Positions 29,272 through 40,931 of a stretch of 64,000 nt of DNA are shown piece by piece. The translations under genes were made by a program, and so were the position numbers. Numbering within the stretch: the stretch's first letter is position 1; each line of letters starts with the position of its first letter. The notes beneath the pieces are model-generated. The model was not told the origin of the DNA. It saw only the letters and a program-made list of their open reading frames with translations, and searched no databases. Origin of the DNA: an uncultured cyanobacterium (GTDB taxonomy: Bacteria; Cyanobacteriota; Cyanobacteriia; Cyanobacteriales; CAWUOF01); contig CAVUSO010000001.1 in NCBI GenBank assembly GCA_963744145.1, positions 544,001 through 608,000 of the forward strand, given 5' to 3'.

Positions 29272-30660
29272 TTAATGAGCAGCAAGATCCAACAACTCAG
29301 GATTGGGTTTTGCTAATTCCTCAAATATTTCGATCATCTCCTGTTCAAATGCTACTTGAGCCCGATTAGTCCTTCCACCTACATAAAAGCGATCTCCTGA
29401 TTGGAGAGCCCAAATTTGGGAATGGGAAACATAACTCATTAGCACTCCCAAAATCAACAATCCAAACCCAGTATAAACGATGGGAATACCTGGATCAGCT
29501 TTAATTTGTAATCCTGTACTACCAATAATCTCTTTTAAATGCAGGGTAACCCCATTGACTTCGGTAGACATTCCGGAACGGACAGTGGAAACTAATTTTC
29601 CGGTATCATCATAAACAAAAACTGTTCCCTGTAAGTCTTTGGCTAATAAGGAAACTCCAGCACTTAAATCTGGTTTGGTGGGCACCCATGTCCCCCAAAT
29701 TTTGCCCTGATCTCCCAGATGTAATGGGACCATTGCTAATTGTAATACCGGACTATTATTAATTTTTACCTTTACCCCTGCAATCCCCCAGTCAGTTTGA
29801 TAAAAAGTTACTCCTTGATAGCGTAAAGGTTGATTAACGTAAATTTTTTTCTGGTCAACTTCTTGACCGTTTTTATCTAAAACTGATAAATCAGAATAAA
29901 ACTGATTGATCTTGCCATCAGCACTATAATCAATCCAGAAGCGATTTACTTTGACTGACCAATCTTGGGGAATTTGTGCTGCTGACCAAGGTCCAGCATC
30001 AAAGATATTTTTCACCTGAAATGTTTCACCACTAGGAACCATTTCTTGAGCCATAAATCCGGTCATTGAACCCCAAATTGCGCCCAATAGAATAATTAAC
30101 ATACTTGCATGAACGATAATCGGACCAATCTTCCCGACTAATCCTTTCCGAGCATAGAGAGAATTTTCTGACTGAAAAACCTGATATCCTTTTGTAGCTA
30201 ATAAGGGGGTTAATTTAGTCAGGGAACCTTGAGCTAACTCAGCACTCAGAGCTAGTTTTTCAAACTGACGTGGTTGGTCATAAAATTTCCAAAAACGAGC
30301 TGCTTTTAAAGCTGGAAATTGACGGGTAAAGGTACAAGCAGTTAAACTAGAACCAAATAAAATCAGAATTGCCAGAAACCACCAAGCACGATAAACATGG
30401 TCTAATCCCACCATTAAAATTATTTTCCCAGTCAGAAAACCAAATAAAGCAGGACTTTCGGGATAATTGGCTTGATAAAAAGCGATCGATTGACCTTGTT
30501 CAATCACTGTACCACTGATGCTCAACAGGGCTATGACCAATAAAAGTCCGATCGCTAACCGCAAATCTGCTAACAGGGGTAATAATTCTTGCTGAATAAA
30601 GCGTTGGGGAATTGAGATCCAAGTAAATAAAGTTGATGAAAAAGAATTGTTTTCGGTCAT
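29272..30660 (-). CDS. ccsB: Cytochrome c biogenesis protein Ccs1/CcsB (ResB family)
   Basis: [38 protein letters not shown]. Confidence 0.92.
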   Translation of the reverse strand: MTENNSFSSTLFTWISIPQRFIQQELLPLLADLRLAIGLLLVIALLSISGTVIEQGQSIAFYQANYPESPALFGFLTGKIILMVGLDHVYRAWWFLAILILFGSSLTACTFTRQFPALKAARFWKFYDQPRQFEKLALSAELAQGSLTKLTPLLATKGYQVFQSENSLYARKGLVGKIGPIIVHASMLIILLGAIWGSMTGFMAQEMVPSGETFQVKNIFDAGPWSAAQIPQDWSVKVNRFWIDYSADGKINQFYSDLSVLDKNGQEVDQKKIYVNQPLRYQGVTFYQTDWGIAGVKVKINNSPVLQLAMVPLHLGDQGKIWGTWVPTKPDLSAGVSLLAKDLQGTVFVYDDTGKLVSTVRSGMSTEVNGVTLHLKEIIGSTGLQIKADPGIPIVYTGFGLLILGVLMSYVSHSQIWALQSGDRFYVGGRTNRAQVAFEQEMIEIFEELAKPNPELLDLAAH

Positions 30661-30669
30661 TAGATTTGA

Positions 30670-31407
30670 TTAAAAAACATTGATTGGTAGGCGAACTAGC
30701 AAGGAAACTACGCCAAATCCTACCAACATCGCGCCACTAACTGGTGTAATCCAACTAGACCAACGCCGTAACTCTAGCATTTTCTTAATCGCCACCGTAA
30801 AAGTGCCAGCGATGATCAACGGAATCACATATCCGATCGTATAGGATAGCAGAAAAACAGCTCCTAAAACTAAATCTTGGGTGGTTGCGACCCAAGAAAG
30901 AATCGTGACTAATACCGGGGTACTGCAAGGAGAAGCAACTAACCCAAACATTAATCCTAGCAAATAGGACCTAATTCCTGGGGGGAAGTCCTTACCAATC
31001 CAGTCAATACTCCCCAAAGATGGTAATTGGAGGGGTAAAGCTTCCAGTAAATTCAAGCCCATGATAATTGCTACAATACTCACCAGGATGGGAAAACCGA
31101 TCCCAATTTGACCATAAACTTTTCCCAGTAAGGCTGCCAAAATGCCTAATAAAGCTAAGGTAGTGGCTAATCCTAAGGAAAACCATGTTGATTGTACCAT
31201 GGCTTGGAGCCGGGTTTTGGCCTCATACCCACCGATATAGCCGATCGTAATTGGTAGCATAGACAGCATACAAGGGGTAAGACTGGTCAGTAACCCAGCC
31301 ATCAAGATTACACCAATACTAATGAAGCTCAAGTGGGTTAACTGGGTCGAAACCAGAGTATTGGCAAATTGTCCTAAATCATAGAGTTGGGTTTGTATGG
31401 TATCCAT
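30670..31407 (-). CDS. ccdA: Cytochrome c biogenesis thiol-disulfide transporter CcdA
   Basis: SLTPCMLSMLP and ASPCSTP Cys motifs, adjacent to ccsB. Confidence 0.92.
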   Translation of the reverse strand: MDTIQTQLYDLGQFANTLVSTQLTHLSFISIGVILMAGLLTSLTPCMLSMLPITIGYIGGYEAKTRLQAMVQSTWFSLGLATTLALLGILAALLGKVYGQIGIGFPILVSIVAIIMGLNLLEALPLQLPSLGSIDWIGKDFPPGIRSYLLGLMFGLVASPCSTPVLVTILSWVATTQDLVLGAVFLLSYTIGYVIPLIIAGTFTVAIKKMLELRRWSSWITPVSGAMLVGFGVVSLLVRLPINVF

Positions 31408-31496
31408 GATGGGCTAATTAGTAGTTGTAATCTTGATTAATTATAGCTAATTTTAGTTCTAACTATTGTCTGCTAATGTGCTGAGGTTAAATAATT

Positions 31497-33470
31497 ATGC
31501 TCAAGGGGAATCATCTAATTTTTCGATTTTTTCGTCAAGTTCCAGGTTGGCAAGATAGCATCCAGTTATATGACCAAATTATCAGTCAAATTACAGCTAG
31601 CGCTAAACTTTGTATTGTTAGTATTACAATCACTAGCTTAATTTTGGGAATGAGACAAATTGGATGGTTGGAACCATTGGAACTGAGTGCTTTCGATGAA
31701 ATGATGAGATTTCGTTCCCAAGAGCAACCTGACTCACGATTATTACTGGTATCAATTACAGAAAAAGATATTGAAAATCTCAATGAATGGCCATTATCTG
31801 ATTTAACAGTAGCCCATATTTTGGAAAAATTAACTAAGTTACAACCAAGGGTGATTGGTTTAGATTTGTATCGACATATTTCTCATTCTATCGGTGCTAA
31901 TTTACTGATTACCCAATTGCAAAACCCAAACCTGATCGTGGTTACCAGTAACGGTAACACTCCCGATGAGCAAATTCGACCACCTGCTAATGTACCAAAT
32001 GAACGAATCGGTTTTAGTGATCTCTTAATTGACCCCGATGGAGTTGTTCGTCGTCATTATGTCTATTCTTCTGATGGAAACTCCTTATCTTTACAGCTAG
32101 CTCTTGCTTATTTAGACAAAGAACATATTGCAGTTCAAGCCAATCAAAATAAACTTCTGCAATTAAATAAAGTAGTATTAATACCTTTAAAAGTTCATTC
32201 TGGCAGTTATAAAACTATTAATACTTCTGGCTATCAAATTTTGCTTAATTATCGCGGTTATCAAACTGAGAATATTGCCCGATCGGTTAATATTACCCAG
32301 TTGTTAAATGATCAGGTTAATCCGGAATGGGTGAAAGATAAAATTGTCTTAATTGGCACTACTGCCCCCAGTGGTAAAGACTTATTTAATACTCCCTATA
32401 GTGCTACTAAAAAAGGGAACCGGAAAATGGCTGGGATAGTAATTCATGCCCAAATGACATCCCAACTGATTAGTGCTGCTTTAGATCAGCGTCCTTTGTT
32501 ATCACCTTGGTCAGAATGGTTAGAAATATTATGGATTAGTACATGGGCTTTTATCGGTGGGATTGTGGGTTGGCGGATTCATCATCCGGTATGGTTAGGA
32601 TTAACAGTTCTTCTCCTCTTGATCGGTTTGTTTGCTCTGGGAATGTGGTTATTTATCCAAGGAACATGGATTCCGATCGCGGCACCACTTTTGGCTGCTA
32701 TTCTGACCACTACTGTTGTAGTAGTTTATCAGTTAAATCAGGCAATTCGCCAGCATCAGATGATGATGAAACTGTTAGGTCAACAAACTTCTCCAGCGAT
32801 CGCTAATGCTTTGTGGAATAGTCGTGTCCGTTTACTCAATCAAGGGATATTACCAGGACAAAATTTAACTGCGACAATTTTGTTAACTGATATTAAAGGA
32901 TTTAGCACTATTTCTGAAAAGAAACCCCCCGAAACTGTAATGAGTTGGTTGAATGAATACTTATCAGCGATGACTCAAGTAGTCCAGTCTCATCAAGGTG
33001 TCATTAATAAGTTTACAGGTGATGGTCTGATGGCTGTGTTTGGTGTACCCGTACCCCGGACCACAGAAGCAGAAATTGCTCAGGATGCTCAACGAGCTGT
33101 AGCTTGTGCTTTAGCGATGCGCGATCGTCTAGAAGCACTAAATATTTCCTGGGATGCTCGGTCCTTACCAATGGTGCAAATGCGGATCGGGATTTTTACT
33201 GGTCCAGTTATGGTAGGTAGTTTGGGCGGTAAAGATCGCTTAGAATATGGAGTGATTGGCAATAGTGTTAATATTGCTTCTAGGTTAGAAAGTTACGAGA
33301 AAGAGCGTCTTGAGGGCACATGTCGGATTCTCATTGCCCAAGAAACTCTCAATTATCTGCAAGAAAAATTTGCAGTAGAATCATGGGGGTGGTTGCAACT
33401 ACGAGGAAAACAAGAGCAGGTTAACGTTTATCTGGTTGTTGGTACTCGTCTCAGCTCCTCGCTCCCTTGA
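31497..33470 (+). CDS. CHASE2-domain class III adenylate/guanylate cyclase
   Basis: CHASE2 (WPLSD, IGLDLYR, DPDGVVRR), 3 TM, cyclase TDIKGFS, NKFTGDG, VNIASRLES. Confidence 0.9.
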   Translation: MLKGNHLIFRFFRQVPGWQDSIQLYDQIISQITASAKLCIVSITITSLILGMRQIGWLEPLELSAFDEMMRFRSQEQPDSRLLLVSITEKDIENLNEWPLSDLTVAHILEKLTKLQPRVIGLDLYRHISHSIGANLLITQLQNPNLIVVTSNGNTPDEQIRPPANVPNERIGFSDLLIDPDGVVRRHYVYSSDGNSLSLQLALAYLDKEHIAVQANQNKLLQLNKVVLIPLKVHSGSYKTINTSGYQILLNYRGYQTENIARSVNITQLLNDQVNPEWVKDKIVLIGTTAPSGKDLFNTPYSATKKGNRKMAGIVIHAQMTSQLISAALDQRPLLSPWSEWLEILWISTWAFIGGIVGWRIHHPVWLGLTVLLLLIGLFALGMWLFIQGTWIPIAAPLLAAILTTTVVVVYQLNQAIRQHQMMMKLLGQQTSPAIANALWNSRVRLLNQGILPGQNLTATILLTDIKGFSTISEKKPPETVMSWLNEYLSAMTQVVQSHQGVINKFTGDGLMAVFGVPVPRTTEAEIAQDAQRAVACALAMRDRLEALNISWDARSLPMVQMRIGIFTGPVMVGSLGGKDRLEYGVIGNSVNIASRLESYEKERLEGTCRILIAQETLNYLQEKFAVESWGWLQLRGKQEQVNVYLVVGTRLSSSLP

Positions 33471-33554
33471 TGAAACATCCATCTAGCTATTGGTTATTGC
33501 TATAACTGCTTGCAGTAATAAAGATGAAATAGCAAGGATCATAATAAAAGACCT

Positions 33555-34343
33555 ATGCCTACCCTTAGACCTCTGACCACTTTTATTACTATACCTTTAG
33601 TATCTCTGCTGAGTTTGTTACCCTTGACTTTATCAACTCAGGCGATCGCTGCTGATCTACCCGTTATTGATAAAACAGATGATCCCACAGATTCTGGTGC
33701 TACTCATGTAACTTTACCCGATCCCGGTAAAACTGATGGGACAGAATCTGGTGGGACTAGAGGACCATGTATTCCAGCTGATCAAGGAGAACATTGGAGA
33801 CATATCATCCCCTTAATCCCTGAATCTAATCTTGGACAAACAGTCACAGGAAATCCCACTTTCTTTTTTTACATCCCTTTGACTAATGCCCAATCCGCTG
33901 AATTTGCGCTCAAAGATGATCTTAACAATGACATTTACAAAACTACTTTTGATCTGATTACCAGTCCGGGAATTATTAATATCAAAATGCCTAATCCTCC
34001 GATAATCTCCTTAATGGTTGGTCAGGAATATCATTGGGATTTTGCTTTAATTTGCAATGCTCAAGACCGGAAAAATGATCTTGTCGTTAAAGGGTGGATC
34101 AAACGGATGCAACTGGAAACCAGTATTGAGCGTCAATTGTCCAATGCTAAATTGTCTGATTTGTTTGTAATTTATAGAGACAATAATATTTGGTATGATG
34201 CTTTGGCAGTTTTAGCTGAACTAAAGATCAAAGATCCTAATGATCCTCAAACCACCGAGGATTGGGAAAATTTATTAAAGTCTTTTGGATTAAGTGAAAT
34301 TGTGAAAGAACCACTAATTAAAAGTAAAGCAAATAGGATATAA
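33555..34343 (+). CDS. DUF928-like exported protein
   Basis: Signal-like N-terminus, GGTRGPC, PTFFFYIP, YHW, IWYDAL. Sits next to a CHASE2 gene. Confidence 0.8.
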   Translation: MPTLRPLTTFITIPLVSLLSLLPLTLSTQAIAADLPVIDKTDDPTDSGATHVTLPDPGKTDGTESGGTRGPCIPADQGEHWRHIIPLIPESNLGQTVTGNPTFFFYIPLTNAQSAEFALKDDLNNDIYKTTFDLITSPGIINIKMPNPPIISLMVGQEYHWDFALICNAQDRKNDLVVKGWIKRMQLETSIERQLSNAKLSDLFVIYRDNNIWYDALAVLAELKIKDPNDPQTTEDWENLLKSFGLSEIVKEPLIKSKANRI

Positions 34344-34420
34344 GCTAACAATGATATTGTTGAGTTCCAATTTAGGTAAAAATTGTCAGCAGTTTAATCA
34401 ATCTCAATGGCAGAGGAAGG

Positions 34421-34558
34421 TCAGAAAATTTCGGTAGTAGTAGAATTAGGCTGTAACTGTGATAATTTGATCACCTCATTAACAGCAGGGGGCTTAATTC
34501 CTAGAAATAGGTTAAGTAAGAAAGTTATTATAGCTGCTAATAACAGTTTTTCATACAT
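34421..34558 (-). CDS. Possible small hydrophobic peptide
   Basis: MYEKLLLAAIITFLLNLFLG preceded by a purine-rich stretch. No family recognised. Confidence 0.3.
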   Translation of the reverse strand: MYEKLLLAAIITFLLNLFLGIKPPAVNEVIKLSQLQPNSTTTEIF

Positions 34559-34971
34559 ATTCCGCTCTCTCCTCTTTTCCTTCTTACTACCAAAGAGCAG
34601 GGGACTTGTTCTTTTTGGTATTTTATACTTAATATTATGATTGATTTTTGACAATTCACTGGCGATCGCTAAGGGAAAACAATGTGATGATTACCACTAT
34701 TTTTTGTGATTTTGATCACAGGAGCAAGGAACTGGTGATTTCTAAATAAAAGTTGATCAATATCACCCAGCCAAGAAAGTCTATGCTAGACTATAAACCC
34801 GAAATAAGTGAGAGCAGGTAAAAGTAATGACCCTAAATGACTTATTCATGTTGTTATTGCTACTTAGTCCCGGTCTTTTACTATCCATATTGATTATGGG
34901 TTCTTTTGCAGCAGGGGGCTGAAAAAAGTTAAATTGTTTGCTACCATCCTCGGAGAGTGAGGATGGTAGGA

Positions 34972-35520
34972 TCAATCTGATAGATCATCAAAAACTTCAG
35001 AACTTGCGGATAAATGATGATTTGTCCTCGGGATATCCGAAGGGCTATTTTCTGGTGGACTAGGACTAGATAAAGAATGGTCATGCAAGTCTAGAGTAGA
35101 GATGGGAGTCGGTGATAACCGATCGCGCGATCGCTTTGGGGGAGGAGCCGCAGAAGGTGTTTTAGTAAAAGTTTGCCAAGCTGCTTTTACCCCAGCTAAC
35201 ACACTGCGAGTGGTAGTATTAACTTTTTTTACCTGTTTTTTAGCACTATCAAGACTTTGATCGACTTGTTTCACCACCTGTCCCGCACTTTGCACACCTT
35301 CAGTCACATCATCAGTTAAGTCACTAATTTCCATACCTGTCAGACGGATTGCTTCTAAAGTGGGGGGTAATTCCCTTCTAAGAGTATCGGCTAATTTTTC
35401 CACACTCCGAGCAGCTCGAGCTAATTCTTGCAAAGCCGGAATTGCAGCCACTAAAACCGCAGTTAGGCTGACAGAAACCAATAAAATAGATAATCCTAGC
35501 CAAAATATGGGGTCAATCAC
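34972..35520 (-). CDS. DUF948-like membrane-anchored protein
   Basis: N-terminal TM then ELPPTLEAIRLTG. Downstream of a YtxH-like gene. Confidence 0.75.
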   Translation of the reverse strand: MIDPIFWLGLSILLVSVSLTAVLVAAIPALQELARAARSVEKLADTLRRELPPTLEAIRLTGMEISDLTDDVTEGVQSAGQVVKQVDQSLDSAKKQVKKVNTTTRSVLAGVKAAWQTFTKTPSAAPPPKRSRDRLSPTPISTLDLHDHSLSSPSPPENSPSDIPRTNHHLSASSEVFDDLSD

Positions 35521-35532
35521 GGATATATGAAC

Positions 35533-35895
35533 CTATAAGCGATCGCGAACTGACAAATTCGACTGTCCAGCAGCGGGATTTTCAGTTAGATTAGTAATTT
35601 GAGCCTCTCGCTTACTCGCTTCGACTCCAGCAGCGATCGCTGCTTGTAATTTTTCCAGGGTTTTATCCCAGTTACGTAAAGCTGTTTCAGACAGACGATC
35701 TGCTTGAATTTGCATACTTGTCGATAGATCTTCGGCTAGTTCTGGAAGAGCATCGGCTGATTTTTTCAATAATTGTCTCGTTTGACTCCCACTTCGAGGT
35801 GCAAACAGCAAACCTGCTACTGCTCCAATTGCAGTCCCTACCAGCATTCCACCAATAAATGCTCCAGAACGGTTTTTTGACATCTTTTCCTTCAA
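35533..35895 (-). CDS. YtxH-domain protein
   Basis: FIGGMLVG.AIGAVAGLLFAPRSG..TR. True start probably the ATG at 35883. Confidence 0.85.
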   Translation of the reverse strand: MKEKMSKNRSGAFIGGMLVGTAIGAVAGLLFAPRSGSQTRQLLKKSADALPELAEDLSTSMQIQADRLSETALRNWDKTLEKLQAAIAAGVEASKREAQITNLTENPAAGQSNLSVRDRL

Positions 35896-36032
35896 TCTAT
35901 TCCTAAATCAATTTTAGGCAGCCCGGATGCAGATAGCTACCATTAAGCTACTACTTATATTTATTCTATTAAACCTTACGCTCAAACTACTCCTGACGCC
36001 AAGAGATCAGGGGAGAGGAGCCCAAATCAGGG

Positions 36033-36371
36033 TCAAAATTTGGAAAAAGGCTTTTTTACCGATTGAGCTTGTCGTCCACTAGATCGACGTGACCAAGCTT
36101 TTTGACCCAGACTCAGTAATGCTAAAACTTGTTGGACTTTTTCTAGTTGAGTTGCCAATTCGTGATATTGGTAACGAAGCGATCTTGTGCCCCTCCGTCC
36201 TTTAATGATAGCATCTGGGGCGAGATGGAGGACATCATAAGTTTTTCGTTCAACTGAGGTGAGTGTGTCTGCTACCTTAGCTAATACTTGGCGGATCTGC
36301 CATAACTGACCCATGGTATATAAACACATCAGTGCTAGAACTGCATTGATGGCTAAAACTATTGTCAACAT
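36033..36371 (-). CDS. Hypothetical membrane-anchored protein
   Basis: 112-aa ORF with N-terminal hydrophobic helix, co-oriented with the YtxH-like gene. Confidence 0.65.
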   Translation of the reverse strand: MLTIVLAINAVLALMCLYTMGQLWQIRQVLAKVADTLTSVERKTYDVLHLAPDAIIKGRRGTRSLRYQYHELATQLEKVQQVLALLSLGQKAWSRRSSGRQAQSVKKPFSKF

Positions 36372-36531
36372 TTTTTAACCTTCCGGGGATTTTTCCCTAA
36401 TATTTAGGATGATATACCGATTTTAACGATCGCTCCTATAACTTGATATGATATCAAAATATTGTGAAAGTTAGATCTATTGTTGCCAGCAAAGCTGTTA
36501 AAGTAAAGTGAGAATTACATGATTATCCATT

Positions 36532-36939
36532 ATGAAAATTGCCTATATTGCGATCGGTCTAGGGGGATTGAGTGTAATCGGATTAGGAGTGGTAATGGCC
36601 ATGACTAATCCGTCCCAGAACGTTTATGATGAGTATGCTGTGAACAAACTGACTCAAGCTGCCAAAAATGTTTGTGATAAACTGCCCATTTCTGCAAGAA
36701 ATTGCTCATCAATCATCGATTCTAAGCGTTCTCAAATTCAGCAAATTATTTCGGAGAAAACTCAACGGTATAATTTGATTATTGCTAGTATTTATATTAC
36801 CAATATCTCCATTCCTTTTTTGCCTTTTTCTCCTTCCTGTCAAGTAGAAACAATTGGAATTATGCAAAATTTATATACTATTAAAGCCGAAAATAAATCA
36901 GGACAGAGCTGTGGTAACTTACTCGGAATTTCTCAATAA
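36532..36939 (+). CDS. DUF4359-like protein
   Basis: TM followed by AMTNPSQ..YDEYA, TQRYN..IASIY, ETIG. Confidence 0.65.
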   Translation: MKIAYIAIGLGGLSVIGLGVVMAMTNPSQNVYDEYAVNKLTQAAKNVCDKLPISARNCSSIIDSKRSQIQQIISEKTQRYNLIIASIYITNISIPFLPFSPSCQVETIGIMQNLYTIKAENKSGQSCGNLLGISQ

Positions 36940-36968
36940 ATATTCTGGCAAAATATTAAGGTGATTAT

Positions 36969-38442
36969 ATGAGTTACTGTATGAATTTAAGATGTAAATA
37001 TCCGGAAAATTCTGAGTTAGATCAGAATTGTAAAAATTGCGGCTTATCTCTACTACTAAAAGGTAGGTATCGCGCGATTAAATCGATTGGTCGTGGAGGG
37101 TTTGGTAAGACTTATTTAGCAGTAGATGAAGATATTCCCTCTAAACCTAAGTGTGTGATTAAGCAACTTTCTTATCCAGATGATGATCAAGAACTTTATG
37201 AAAAAGTAGTTGAACTATTTACCCAAGAAGCCATCCGTCTAGATGAGCTAGGTAAGCATCCCCAAATCCCGACATTGTTAGCTTATTTTCACGAAAATGA
37301 ACAATTTTATTTAGTTCAAGAGCTGATTGAAGGACAGGATTTACATAAAGATTTACAACAACATGATGCTTGTACCAGAAGAAGAAATTTGGGAATTATT
37401 ACGAAGTTTACTACCCGTATTACAGTTTATTCATGAAAACAATATAATTCATCGGGATATTAAACCATCTAATATTATCCGTCGCGATCGCGATCAAAAA
37501 TTATTTTTAATTGATTTCGGAATAGCTAAACTAATCACCGGAACAGCATTATTAAAAACGGGAACACTAATCGGTAGTCCCGAATATATGTCACCGGAAC
37601 AAAACCGAGGTAAAGCTGTAATGGCTAGTGATTTATATAGTTTAGGGGTTACTTGTATCAATTTACTCACAGGAGTGCCACCCTTGGATATGTTTGATAT
37701 CAATAATGACTGTTGGGTATGGCGGAATTTTTTACTACCTGGACACCAAGTCAGCGATCGCTTAGGTAAAATTTTAGACAAACTATTACAAAGTGCGATT
37801 AGTAAGCGTTATAAATCTGCGGTGGAAGTTTTGAATGATATTAACCCACCAAAAGTTGTATTACCACAACCATTAGCACCACAACCACAACCATTAGCAC
37901 CACAACCATTACCCCCTCCCCAACCAGAATCATTCTTAGTCAAAATATTTCCCAATTTCAAGCAGAAACCCGATGTGATCATTTCTGAAATTGGGATTAA
38001 CTATCAGAAACTAACAGATTTATTAAATGCTAATAAATGGCAATCAGCAGATGAAGAAACTTGGATGATTTTATGTCAAGCTGTTGATAAACCACTGCGA
38101 GGGTATTTAGCTCCAGATAATATTGAGCATTTACCTTGTGAAGATTTATTAATCCTTGATCATCTATGGTTAAAATTTAGCAAGGGACGATTTGGATTTA
38201 GTGTGCAAAAACAGATTTTTGAAAGTGTCAATCAAGATTATGGACGTTTTTGCAAACAAGTAGGTTGGTCAATATCTTTACCTCATTATCACACCACAGG
38301 AATGATCTATAATTTGAAAGCACCCAAAGGACATTTACCTTCACGAGTATGGGTGCAAAACGGTTCTCAGTGGTGGAATCATGCTAGTGCGATCGCGAAG
38401 AAATTAGAAAGTTGTACTTCTGGTAACAACCTGGAGGGATAA
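36969..38442 (+). pseudogene. Ser/Thr protein kinase with C-terminal GUN4-like domain, split by a +1 frameshift near 37375
   Basis: ORF1 has a Cys-rich N-terminus and GRGGFGKT. ORF2 has IHRDIKPSN, DFG, YMSPE, then GUN4 motifs (W..ADEET, LPCEDL..D.LW...S.GRFGFSVQ, APKGHLP). May be a sequencing artefact. Confidence 0.8.
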
Positions 38443-38483
38443 CAATCAAGCTGAAACATTTATGGATAAAGATTAGAGCTTAG
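38356..38483 (+). repeat. 128-bp direct repeat, left island boundary
   Basis: 122/128 identical to 49764-49891. Covers the kinase 3' end and the downstream spacer. Confidence 0.95.
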
Positions 38484-38597
38484 GAATAGAAATTAAATAA
38501 TTAGCTCGCTATGGCAAGCTCCAATACCCCAACAATTATAGATAGTCCAATAATTAACCAGAATCATTAATGATCAAGGAGAACTATTAGCATTCAA

Positions 38598-38626
38598 GTA
38601 GGGGCGCAGTAGCTCTACGCCCCTAC
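38598..38626. repeat. REP-like hairpin; possible terminator between convergent genes
   Basis: GTAGGGGCG-CAGTAGCTCTA-CGCCCCTAC. Confidence 0.7.
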
Positions 38627-38662
38627 TGGTAATGTGGATGATCATAAACTGGGATCAGATAG

Positions 38663-40114
38663 TTAAAGATTTTCCTCAGCCCTAAACCTGGTATGAATTT
38701 CCTCAATAGAATTATTCATATTTTCTACGATTTTTGGATAACGTTTCTTTTGGAAAAGGAACCATCCAAACCCAGCCATGAAGTAAATTAAAACCAAGTA
38801 GGGGAGAATATTTTGAGGAAAGTCTGGAACAGGAAATAGACTACTACCAGGAATTCCAATTGTGCCAATAAAAGGCAGGAGCATAAAACTAACTGCTAAA
38901 ATAGTAAATAGCAAATTTATTGGTTGCAGTTTATTAAGTTGGAACAAGTAGACTGGTGCTGCAATGGAAACCAAAATGTACATTACCAAAAATCCAAAAG
39001 AGCAAATGATACTAAAATAATTTTGTAAGTCAAACGTACTATAGCCATATACCTTGAATAGGGAGGGGATAATCAAGATAATAAAACCTGATAAAGCGAT
39101 CGCATTGTGAGGTGTAAGATTAGTATCATGGGTTTTTCCTAAAGAATGGTGAAACCAACCATGAAGTGACATGGACAGCAATATTCGGGCTGTGAAATTA
39201 ATCGAACCGCAGACAGCAAAGAAGAAAGAAAGTACGACACCTATACTAATTATTACTCCTAAAAAATCTAATCCGATCTGATGTGCTAGAAAATCTAATG
39301 GGGCTTCTATTTTACCTAAATTTACATTAGTACCGCTAAAACCCAGCACCACAATATAGGTTATGATGATGTAGAATATACCACAAAAAATTATGCTTTG
39401 TGTCACAGCTCTAGGGATAGTCTTTAGGGGGTTTTTTGCTTCATCACCCAAAGCTGTTGCACTTTCAAAGCCAGCAAAACAGAAGACAACTAGGACAATT
39501 CCCATTGTCACTCCCCCAGGAGTGGCTCCTTGCAGGCTCAATTGATTCCAATCTATCACAAAACCTTTCTGTACTAAGATAATTAAGCCCAATAAAAGGA
39601 TCAATGCGAGGCAGACTCCTTGAACTACTAGGAGAATTTTATTGGCACGAATATCCTTAAAAGCTACATAGCAAGCTGCAACAGTACCAAGGATAAATAA
39701 GGTCAAAGTATGGGTGGTAAAACCAATATTACCTAATAATTTTTGACTAAAGATGGCAAATGCACACAATAATGCCATTGCTCCAAATAAATAGCCCAAC
39801 AGCAAAGCCCAAGCACACCAAACTCCGACATGGGGACCAAGACCCTTGATAATATATGAATATATCGAACCAGGAGAAGCGGAGCGACTAGCAAATTGGT
39901 TAATGTTGAAACTGACAAATAACAGTCCAACCATACCGATCACAAAACTTAACCATATCCCATTTCCCGCACTAGCAAAAACTAAGCTTAATATATTTGC
40001 TGGGACTGTTGTAGGTGCCATTAAGACTATAGATTGAGCAATTACTGCCTCATAGGAAAGACAGTGATTTCTTAAACCATGAGGGCTTTGATTGTTGGGA
40101 ATTTCTGTTGTCAT
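38663..40114 (-). CDS. APC-family amino acid/amine permease
   Basis: About 12 TM segments, SASPGSIYSY, FAGFESATALGDEAKNPLKTIPRA. Confidence 0.88.
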   Translation of the reverse strand: MTTEIPNNQSPHGLRNHCLSYEAVIAQSIVLMAPTTVPANILSLVFASAGNGIWLSFVIGMVGLLFVSFNINQFASRSASPGSIYSYIIKGLGPHVGVWCAWALLLGYLFGAMALLCAFAIFSQKLLGNIGFTTHTLTLFILGTVAACYVAFKDIRANKILLVVQGVCLALILLLGLIILVQKGFVIDWNQLSLQGATPGGVTMGIVLVVFCFAGFESATALGDEAKNPLKTIPRAVTQSIIFCGIFYIIITYIVVLGFSGTNVNLGKIEAPLDFLAHQIGLDFLGVIISIGVVLSFFFAVCGSINFTARILLSMSLHGWFHHSLGKTHDTNLTPHNAIALSGFIILIIPSLFKVYGYSTFDLQNYFSIICSFGFLVMYILVSIAAPVYLFQLNKLQPINLLFTILAVSFMLLPFIGTIGIPGSSLFPVPDFPQNILPYLVLIYFMAGFGWFLFQKKRYPKIVENMNNSIEEIHTRFRAEENL

Positions 40115-40471
40115 ATAGAACTAAGGTTTAGACTAATTTGGAACAAAAGGGACGTGATGGGAAAGCGATTGCCGGTCTATTCCCCTGGAAATATAAAATT
40201 GATAATTATTGCAAAAACCTCTTTTATCTATAAACCATGAATTATAAAATTGGCTCTTCAGGATCTAGTATGCTCGCACCATTAGTCCCTAATCTGTGCA
40301 GGCTAGCTGAAGATTCTAGATAAAATCTTAGCAGTGTTCTGACTGAAATGCTTGCTTTACTTCCCCATCAATACCTTGCACAGTAATACTTTGGGGATTT
40401 TTATTAAAAAATCAGCATACTAGGTAATGAAGAACCATAAAATTTTATTCTTCATGGCTTCTATCTGACAA

Positions 40472-40931
40472 TTATTTAGGGTCTATTGTTTCTAACTCAA
40501 GAATAGACAATTGTGGCGGGTAAAGAAAATAAAACTTTCCGTGGTCATGGATAAAACCCAACTGAAAAATACAAATTGGTTGAGTTTCATGAAAAGCTTT
40601 TAGTTGAAATGTTCTCACATCTAAGCCATCATTTCTCTCATCTTCTATCGATTGAGAAAAATCGCCGGGATATATCGTATCGAAATAAATTCCTAATTTT
40701 CCGACTTCTCTGAGAAAATGTTTAGCAGCTAACTGACAGCTATACCAATGACCCGGATTAGGAATAACTCCGAAGTATTTGCTATCATACCACCAATCCA
40801 TTTGACGATATAATTGCTCACTGACTAAAAAATCATCGCTTTCTTTAAATTCTTGCCAACCTTTATCTAGGCTGGTCCTGTAAAACTGGGTAAGACTTTT
40901 TAATGGTTTGCAGGAGATTTTCAGTAAACAT
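40472..40931 (-). pseudogene. ~152-aa hypothetical protein, +1 frameshifted near 40870-40900
   Basis: The ATG at 40931 (MFTENLLQTIK...) joins the 40472-40801 ORF frame if one base is removed. Confidence 0.5.

Noticed and set aside
37864-37925. Short CCACAACCATTAGCA repeats
   Set aside because: They encode the Pro/Gln linker between the kinase and GUN4 domains.
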